64,000 bases of DNA from Trichosphaerium sp. ATCC 40318 (lineage: Eukaryota > Protista > Tubulinea), in assembly GCA_038496445.1 (NCBI GenBank), contig JALMLS010000420.1, positions 124,001-188,000 of the forward strand, read 5' to 3'. The notes under the pieces are model-generated. The model did no database searches, was not told where the DNA came from, and was given only the letters and a program-made list of their open reading frames with translations. Positions 54,975 to 64,000 of the stretch are shown here, piece after piece (positions within the stretch are counted from its first letter, which is position 1; each line of letters opens with the position of its first letter). A program made the translations under genes and the position numbers.

Positions 54975-55357
54975 CTGAAGGCTGAAGGTACTCGTAATAG
55001 CGTTTACGCGTGTATTTAAAGCGATTCCGTATTATCTCCGTGCAATTGTTGGAGCTAGTGCAGAAAACAACTGAAATGCCTTTTTTTGCTACTTCGAGGC
55101 TTTGTTTACAGTTTCTACGCGTTAATTTGCATACTAACTACCGCTGACTTTGTTTACAGCACCGTTTCCTAAATAAAATATACTGCATCAAACGCTTCTA
55201 AAACCACCTTGAGTTCTCAAATACGCGTTTACCTCAATCACGCCCTTTTAAGGTTTGCTTCTTTTACTCTTGTGCTAGCTCCAACAATTACACGGAGCTA
55301 GTACGGAATCGCTTTACACACTTCGCAAACGCTATTAAAAGTACTTTCAGCCTTCAG
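54975..55357. repeat. Imperfect inverted repeat, arms 54975-55058 and 55275-55357
   Basis: CTGAAGGCTGAA..TAATAGCGTTT..TAAAGCGATTCCGTA..AATTGTTGGAGCTAG recurs as its reverse complement. Confidence 0.85.
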
Positions 55358-55559
55358 AAAAAACGCCTTGAAAACTTTCTTCAGAGTTAGTCATGACGAA
55401 TCTGTAGCCTACCACTTGAAAAGTACAAAACGGAAAGATACTCCACCAATAGGGCTTTCCAGAAAAGCAAACTACGGGAAAAAAAAAAAAAAAAAAAAGA
55501 ATGAATAAAAAGTTTATTAACAAGTTTTACAATTATAGCCTAGCAGTTGTACTTCAGTT

Positions 55560-56962
55560 CTAACGACGGGAGGATTGTCTACGTCCTTGGTTCCTCTTTG
55601 GTTTACCTTTTTGGTCCTTTTTCTTGCTCCTATTTACTCTCGAGCTGTTTCGTTTTGGCTTTTTTCTATTTGCTGTGCAGTTGTTAGGGTTCCCAGGTCC
55701 AAAATAATAGTGCGGTCCAAATATTTTCTTTTTTGCGTCCTCGCCTTCTGGTGCTACCTCTTCATCTTCTTTGATTTCTTTATAAGGGTGCGCAGCCATC
55801 CATAAGTCCTGTTGTTCTTGTGATAGGTTCATCAGATCTAAAATAAGCACGGAATCAACGACGACACCAAGAATAAACATGTTGTTCTGCCTAAAAAAGA
55901 AAGGAGCACAAGGAACGCCGAAGTACTTGACGCAGTCTTCTAGAAGAACCAGGCTATCAAAAAGTTGCTCCTTCTTCACAGCCTTCTGAAACAATACAAT
56001 ATTACCAATACGGATCATCGTATCAAAATCAGCGAAATAGTAGTCGCCATTACAACCCAGATTTGACACCTTTGACAAAGCGCGACCCTGTTTCAAAAAA
56101 CACTCAGCGTTGTATCTACTTTGACACTCCTTGAGAACCTTTCGAATGGTACCGACTAAAAAAGAATTAGTCAACGACTGGGTCATACAAAAAAGGAAAA
56201 AATAAAATGAAAAAGATCTAAAAATAAAGCAAAAAAAAACCGTTTTTTTCGAATTTGACGTGAAGGAATAACGGTAATTTGAAACGTAATAAACACGGAT
56301 TGTAACTATACGCGCAAAAATCGCCAAAAAGATAACTTGAAACATAATTGTCGCGACGTTTCGCGAAACGACAAAAAAAGTTCGGAAAAAAACCAAAAAA
56401 AGCAAAAATAAAACATAAACGCGCCTTTATAGTCCTCTGCAGGTACATAGCACTGTAACTGGAAAGGTTTTCTATTACCAGCGTTGGTGAATACCCAAGT
56501 GAACCAACAGTCATCACCCATCGGTATTTGTTCCAACATCTTTGACACCATATCTTCAAAAATCTTAGATGGAATTTGAGAAATACAAGTGACATTTTTA
56601 GAACCTACAATGTGTCAATTCAAAAACGATGATAGGCTAATTTAATCGATAAAAAACGCACCCATGTTCCACAAGAGAAGCGGCCGAAGTTGCTTATCTC
56701 GCACTATGTGGTTTTGTATTTTTGTACAGTCCGCATTGCGCTTTAGCAATGCTACCCGCAATTCAACGGAGAGGTGGCGAAGTTCTTTAACTTCGCTGCT
56801 AAAATATATTTTCACCATTACCGCAAATTCCTTGCAGCAAACCCCAAGGGGGGCCAGTATATCTACGTTCAGTAGAATACGTAAAATAATCTCTAGCGGG
56901 AAAGCTAGAATTAAAAAAGCCGTTTGTGCAGGCTTACACGACCTCTTGAACGAAGGTATCAT
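55560..56962 (-). CDS. F-box-like protein with a basic C-terminal tail; further 5' exons up to about 57200 possible
   Basis: LAFPLEIILRILLNVD..LGVCCKEF; long terminal exon; GT-AG introns. Confidence 0.55.
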
Positions 56963-58037
56963 TTGATGTCTACCTTATCTGACAACGAGAATTATGGTTA
57001 ATAAACAGAAATTTCGCCAAGATTTATAAACTATAACGGTTAGTATATTGTTTCTTCGTAATTTTGCTTGGAAACATACCTAAACCAAGAATGTGCGCCG
57101 CAGACGCATTTTAGAAAAAGCGCTAAAACAAAAAACCCAAATTTCTGTTCACTGACACATTTCTCACCAGTTTCCCATGTCTCGTTTGCTTCTATTTACG
57201 CATACGGGATGCTGAGGTGTTATTGAAGCGCAGAATTACGTCTAAAATTGAAATGTCAACTAAATCGGTATAGTTCGTCTTAGCATTGTTACGTTGAGTT
57301 CAAACAAGCAATTTCTAACCATACAAAGCATATTTTAGACGCTAATTTAGCGATACCGAAAAAACCGTTTTTGTTTTGTAAAAACGAGCTACGCGCATAG
57401 CATTAAAGTTTTAAATGCGTGAGGACTCATTTTTCGCGATAAATACAAAGCTACAAGGTAGGAATTCAAGAATAAAAAAAGCAAAAGCAGGTTAAACCAA
57501 ATCGTGCCTTTAAAGTCTTCTATACGTATGTAGCAGTCCCTTCGGAACGCTTGATGCGTATTTAATGCGTTTGACGGTAATAACAGTTGTCACCAATAGA
57601 ATTTTATCAAAATAGTTTGTTCTCTCAACAGCTTTAGCCTAACGAAGGTGAAAACGGCTTTATTTCCTACACCAACTTGTTAGCAAATTATCTGTTTTTT
57701 CAATAAAAAAGGAATGTGACGTACGAATAGTCTAGGCGATGCAAGTCGTTCGGACGCGCGTAGGAGATGTTAGCAGTGTTATTTATAATAAACTCCGACG
57801 TCGAAGATAAAAAAAACCGTCAAAATCGAAACGTTTTTGTCAAAATGCGTGCTAAATGTCCAAAGATCTTTCTCAGGGACCTTTGTAGCGATACCTTTAA
57901 TATAGCGTGAGATTTTTTTGCTAGACCTAAGGTAAGCAGAAAAGGAAACACGTAGTTTATCATGAGCAGTTTCTTTAGTGGTAACGTGTTTAATATTTGA
58001 GGGATGGTTTAAATACAGCTGCAAGATAATTCTTTTT

Positions 58038-59559
58038 TTACTTGCTTGGTTTGCGCGGTGGTCTGTCTACATCATCAAGAGCGACTGCTGTTACAGCACG
58101 TTGATGTCCACTGTACTTATTAACCGTTTTACCTGAGTTTAGGTCCCATAATAACGCAGATTTGTCGGACGACGCTGAAAGATAATTACAAAATATTTTT
58201 TTTATATACACGTACTTGTTAGAAGATATGCTGAATCGCTTGTAAACGCACAGTCCCATACCCACTTCTCGTGACCTTTTAATGTCTTTTCAGGTATCAT
58301 GCCTTTCGTATTCCATATTTTAGCGAGGTGATCCGCACCTGTCGTGACAACAAACCTACACATGTGTCAAAACAAACAAGCAAAAAGTACTTTAATTATC
58401 TTTCTGAGGCCTAACTAAATCGCCTCACAAACAATTTTTTTAATAGCACAACGTGCAAGAGAGTATAAGAACGCTATTAATCGTAAATAGCGCTCGAAAA
58501 AAAATTAAAAAGGGAAAACAATAAATAATGAAGGTTTTCTTGCTGTTTGGACGTACGCAGCATTGGGACTAAATTTACACTTAAGAGCATACGTTCCATG
58601 TGCGCTTATCGTTGTACTTTCCTTCATGCCAACCAACGAAGTAGCCACACCACGATAAACGATGAGTTCGCCCTTGTTATTTACAGTTGTGGCAGCGTCT
58701 CCTTCTACAATAAATATCTTAGTCAATAAAACCCTCAAAGCGCACTGCTCACTTTTACGCCTACGTACTTGGAGAAATATCTACCCATTGTAGAGGTGCC
58801 ATACTTTGTGTTTTCTATACCACAACATCAACGACAAGCGATTTATGAAAAAAACCTGTGGCACTTACAATAATAGCTGCTTTTTTGTTTTCTGCGAGAT
58901 CTAGCACGTGAAGTGTACCGTCAGCGCAAGCACAAAGTAATTCTGCCTGTAAAAACGCATTCTGTTAGTCATCGATAAACAAGCGCTACAGGTAATAGAG
59001 TACTCACTTGATTCGGGTGTAATGCCACACAATTAACAGGCGCCCCAAAGCTGTACTCTCTTTGGCACCCTTTAGCGCTAAATAGAGTTAGTGTTCAAAT
59101 GTGACGTTAATGTGCTTGCCTGTAGTCCCAGATTTTTACAGTTTTGTCTTCTGAGCTTGTGTAGAGCCATTGGCAGTTTTTTTGATATCCAACACGCGTT
59201 ACATTATTTGCGTGACCTGAAAATGTTGTAACCTAACGCTATAATTACACAATGCGTTGGTGTCATATTCTGGCCGTGTTGAGCCGTTCTAAGTTAAACA
59301 GTAACGTACAGGATTAGCATTATTGCTCAAAGCATCATACAATGCCACGTTAGGGTTACCAGCAGCCGCCAAATGTGCTCCATCCGGTGAAATCGCAAGA
59401 GAATTAATTTGCTACTAAATGTTGGTGGAAATACGTTAAACACAACCTCCGACGTACACTTTTGCCTTGTTTGATCAAGCGAACGCATGTAGCAGTTTGA
59501 GCAACCCAGAAACGTATGGTATGATCATACGCGGATGTAACAAGCTGTATGCGTCCCAT
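58038..59559 (-). CDS. LST8: TOR complex subunit LST8 (WD40)
   Basis: LVTSAYDHTIRFW.A, QINSLAISPD, AAAGNPNVALYD, YTSSEDKTVKIWD, LHPNQAEL, AHGTYALKCKFSP and YSGHQRAVTAVALDD. Confidence 0.92.
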
Positions 59560-59676
59560 GAGGAAGCGGCGCAAGAATCTGGATATCCAACGTGTCTGAT
59601 CAAGAAAAATGGTTCAAAATTTGGTCAGCCGGCGTCACTTATACAAATTGCCTTGTGCTACGCTGTACCTCCTACA

Positions 59677-60429
59677 ATGTTTGGTGCCAACCTAATAAAC
59701 CCTAATCCAAAGGTTTTTGAAGTAGCCAAGCTAAAACGAGACACAACTATAGTTGATGAGCAAGAATACGAGCCATTCGACTCGTTAGAGATTTTTGGTA
59801 TCCTTTACAATATTTTTTGGCATTTCGCGTGTAATACCTGTTTTGTCCTTCACTTTTATAGAGCTCATACGCCATATTAATGATCCCGAGCATCCATTAA
59901 CTTTGGAACAATTAAATGTAGCAAAAATCGATGGTACAGCGTTACAATGTTACTGTTAGCTTATTGGTGATAGGTATTGACGTAGACGAAGAGAACAGTC
60001 AAATAGAAATCCGATTTACACCTACAATTCCACATTGCTCAATGGCAACGCTCATAGGCTTATGTATACGCGTTAAACTGTTGAGATCACTTCCAGAACG
60101 ATTTAAAGTACAAAAGAGGTGATATTATGACTGTTTTTATTGACATTTCATAAGGTTGATATCAAAATAGCCCCTGGCACCCACCAATCTGAGGAAGAAG
60201 GTAACGATCTTGATTACTATGTGTCTATGTTTATATTTTTTGTTGTAGTAAATAAACAGCTAAACGATAAAGAACGTGTTGCTGCTGCCTTGGAAAATAG
60301 CACACTTTTGGGTATGTACTTTTTTTTTGTGTTCGAACATCAAACAAATTAGCCTTTTTGTTAACGTGCTTATCTAATTGTTTTAAAGATGTTGTAAATA
60401 ATTGTATCGCAAACACTGATGGGGAGTAA
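59677..60429 (+). CDS. CIAO2B: Cytosolic Fe-S assembly component CIA2/MIP18 (FAM96B-like)
   Basis: [58 protein letters not shown] and [17 protein letters not shown]. Confidence 0.96.
59798..59861 (+). other. U12-type (minor) GT-AG intron in CIA2
   Basis: 5' site GTATCCTTT; branch site GTCCTTCAC 8 nt before the end of the intron; removal restores EIF-ELIR. Confidence 0.85.
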
Positions 60430-60829
60430 TAAAACTCAACGCGTCGAAAACAAGCTAGTTGTTAGTGTTAAAATTGTTTTTTATGCAATGCTACTTTTTT
60501 GTAACCTTGTGACATTGGCTTCGAAAATCTCGCTACTCAGTACCCTCGATCAACAAAGGGACGGTGTGATTGATTCGTACATAGAGTGTTACGCCTAAAA
60601 TTTGTGGTGTTATACACTGTGTTGGAACACTAATTTTCATTGGGGTAAAATTTCTGTTAAAAACTTGGAGCAATTGGCCGTTTGAGGCCTCCAATGATTC
60701 TATTTCTGACTGAGAATGTGCTTCTTGTTCAGTTCCCAAGTATAGCAACGAGAAGAAAACATTGTTGGGGTTTGGTTTCTAAAAAGCGTGTAATTTCTGC
60801 CCCAAACAAAATCTGTCAAAACTTTTATA

Positions 60830-62814
60830 ATGTCATTATTTTTGTGGTGCATTAAGGTGACACATGGTCATCTTTCTTGTAGTATTTTCGTTCTTGAGCG
60901 TTTTAGTTGGGTTTTATGGCGCGCGTTGGTTCCGGGCAAAGACACAAGCGAATATATCCGACTGTACGCTATTTCGCGTAATACACGCCTTTTACTGCTT
61001 CTAGGGTCTCAAATAGCGAACTTGAAGAAAATCAGACAACTGACGCATTTCGAATCGTTATATATCATTCTTCATGAGGTACAAGCGATAAACAAGCTGT
61101 TGTTAATTGAAGCAAACCGTTATCATAGCTGGCATCGTCAAATAAACTATGTGCTGCGACAAGGTTTGAAGTTGACGCTTCTATAAGCGATATACGCAAA
61201 GCTGTTGTAAAATTACAACAACGACATCAAAAATTAAGGTACCTGGTTTTTTTTTTGGCTTTGTTCTGAAATAGATAACACGCGTTTTTTTTTATGTATC
61301 ACGTGATTCTAAATTTTTTTTTGTAAAGGTTTGGTGTTCACGATGAGAATGGACACTTTTTTTTTCATGAATACGAAAATGCAGAACGTCTTGTTCGTTT
61401 TGATGTTGTAGAAAGGCGTGATGACGATCACTACTATGACGTGCGTGGTTTCTGCCTCCTTTAAAGCTCAAACCTTTGTTATAAGGTATGGGAGGATTGT
61501 ATCAATAAGTTTGATAGTCCGCTTGGATTTGATAAGCTGCTTTGGAGTATCAAATTAGTTCATAACCCTGAGCCTGGGAAGCAAAAGCACGAGATAGTCA
61601 TTACAATTTTTCATTTGATTGTTGATGGGACTGGGTTGACAACGTTAACAAAAGAGCTCCTTGGATTTATAGCCAATCCTGAGAAGAGTAAGCCATGTTT
61701 TTATCATTTTTTTTTTTCTGACATTGTTTAGATGTTGACCAAATTCCTGAGCACCCACCGATGAATACGGTTTTAGAAGATCCTAAACTTAAGAATGTTA
61801 GAGATATGATACCTTCTTACTATTTCTGGGTTCCATTATGGTGAGCCCTGTTAAATTCAAACAAAAGTCTAAATGATTTTAGGCTTTTGTCGCTTTGTTT
61901 TTTGCTAAAGAAGGATAACAGTGATCACCTTCCTCGAGATAGCGAAGCAAACGTTAAAGATAGGAAGGATAGATTGTTTGGGCTGACGTATGATCTATAT
62001 TGATAACACGTGGGCTTACACATGCAATAGAATCAAAAAAACTGATTTTGATAAGTTCATATCGAAATGCAAACAAAAAGGAATGACAGTTCATTCGGGC
62101 CTTTGTGGTGTTCTTTTCGAAACTCTTCAAGAAGAACTTGGGCTAAAGAGTGGATTTAAACTAGCTGTCAGTACACCCGCAAGTTCTAGGAAGCTGTTGA
62201 ATATACCAAAGACTGCGCTTGGTCCTTATATCACTTATTACAATCCTGTCTTTTTGATAAAAGAAGGAAACACTTGTTGGGATTACGGCAAGCAGGCACG
62301 ATTATCAAAAGAGTTGGTGAATGGTGGTGAATCTAATATTGCATAGGTTGGTGTTTGTAATAAGAAAAACGTCCCAGCAAAAACTCTTCCTAACTGGTAC
62401 ACTACACTTGGCATCGCTGATTTATTTACCCTGAGTAAGTAAATGTTACAAAACTTTTTATTTAAACATTATCAGTTGGTTACCCTCTGGCCCGTGAGAC
62501 TATAAATAAGAACTCTGGGAGGGCTCCACATACTCTTCTTTCCAATGTTGGTATCATTGATGCCGAAAAGACATTTAACAACAGACTTGACTTCAAAGAG
62601 TACTACTTTGGATCAGGTAAGTATTTTTCTCTTGTTATTGTTGTATTTGATATTAAGACTCAAAAAAGGTCGAAGAGGCACTGGTGAAATATTCCAGATG
62701 TTTGTTGTAACATGGGGAGGAGATTTATGCGTATCATCACAATGGATAGAACCGTTCATGAGTGCTGAGGCAGCAAAGAAGATAGCCACAAAATTTTGTT
62801 CAAGAATAAATTAG
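60830..62814 (+). CDS. Condensation-domain / alcohol O-acetyltransferase-like protein; 5' end approximate
   Basis: AVVKLQQRHQKLR, FHLIVDGTG (HxxxDG), KCKQKGMTVHS.L, P.SSR and FSNVG. Confidence 0.7.
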
Positions 62815-63174
62815 TGAACTTCGGTTTATGTTACAAAGTTTTCACTGGCTACAATGATCGATTTATTCTTTCAAGGATGAAAGACAATGCATCTTAGTGG
62901 CTGCATAACGCGCATTAGGATAATAAACAGTTACAACTGCAGAATTTTGTGTTCTGTTACAAACATTATATTCATTGCTTTCACGTGCTACTAAACCTGT
63001 TTTTATCATTTTTCACAAAATGTACCAATGTAGACATAATAATAGTTCGTCATTTGATTAATATAATTTTATTCTATCCATAATAATAGGTAGTTAACTT
63101 TTTTTTGGAAAATGTCTTTGAATCTACTCGTTAACAATAATGTAAATTTTTTTTTTCATGTCTTTTTTTTCCTT

Positions 63175-64000
63175 TCAACTCAAGTTTGAGTCAACACGTG
63201 ATTGGTATGAATTTGTAAGAGTTACTGTGCGGACCCAACGGAAAGGTTCTTTACCATTGACACCCTCAGAAGGGTTGGCAAGGCGAAGATATAAAATTTT
63301 CAAGTTAGAAGTGCTGAAAGTGGGCACTTCAAACTTAAGGCTGTTAAAAGTTAGATTTAAGTCATTTTGCGCTTGTAGTATACTAAAACCGTACCATATA
63401 GGTCCTATTTCTGCTTTTGCTTGATTATTAAAACCTGGATGGCCAAGGTTGATCTTAATTCTGCAAATATGTTCGTCACCACCACGAAATTTTCTAACAA
63501 GCCACAACATTCTTTTTTCTTTCTCCAAGTATTCACATTCTTGGTTTCTCGCGTCCAAGTCCATTTCACAGCTCGCACTAAATTCATATTATAAATAAGC
63601 CATGATACAAAGAGATAACGAAGGACAGGACAGGAATTGATGAAGGGCAAGTCTCAAAGAAAGACAAAAGTGTAACAAAAAAGAAGGAATAAAAAAAAAC
63701 CTCAACGAACCTTTCTGTTATTTGTGGTAACCTGCAAGAACACAATACGTTGCTAGCCGTCTTATCACTTGGTAAATCAGCTCGAATCTATACAAAATGA
63801 ATAATAAAACCCTCCACAAGCAAGGCAATTCTGTCTTTGAATTTTTAACCAGAAGAGTTTGTTCACCTTTACAACTACATCTACTGAGCCTCCACCAAGA
63901 TCAGATACGTATGGAAATACTCGAAAAGGCGGTGCAAATTTATCAGATACATGATACTTCATTAAGAAAATCTCGCCATTTGGTGGTGCAAACACCAATT
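63175..64000 (-). CDS. Adaptor complex medium (mu) subunit, AP-4 mu-like; 3' part only
   Basis: FAPPNGEIFLMKY, PPFRVFP, W.VRKFRGG.E, IGPI..KFEVP..STSNLKI.YL and PFRWVR.VT...SY. Confidence 0.85.

Noticed and set aside
59116-59131. GCCTGTAGTCCCAG, an Alu/SRP-like string
   Set aside because: It is the antisense of the LST8 coding sequence (IWDY) and its GC donor.

Overview
Gene-dense eukaryotic nuclear DNA, roughly 35% GC, with many short (mostly 40-60 nt) spliceosomal introns. It is probably an amoeboid protist; the taxon is inferred from gene content and architecture, not proven. About 22 spliced protein genes are recognisable: CXXC1/Spp1-like, ERMARD-like, two C2 proteins, an ankyrin-CRIB PAK kinase, a COE/EBF-like transcription factor, BRE1, an RGG/Btz-motif protein, CWC22, a pseudokinase, ILVBL, two F-box-like proteins, ALG8, ribophorin I, a KCTD-type BTB protein, a formin, LST8, CIA2, an HxxxDG acyltransferase, a partial AP-mu subunit and one unknown. 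Two things stand out. (1) A protein colinear with the whole animal COE/EBF DNA-binding, zinc-knuckle and IPT region, a family usually considered animal-specific. (2) A four-copy 396-bp non-coding element with a 262-bp invariant core that folds into a G-U-rich multi-helix RNA. It has a DUSE-like motif about 60 nt upstream, a terminal T-run, and U12-type splice signals. Three copies lie in a 6.5-kb gene desert (49-55.5 kb), which also holds an inverted duplication, a second invariant 127-bp island, a long inverted repeat and a TSD-flanked 5'-truncated LINE. U12-type and GC-AG introns are also present. Gene boundaries were derived by eye and several 5' ends are approximate.
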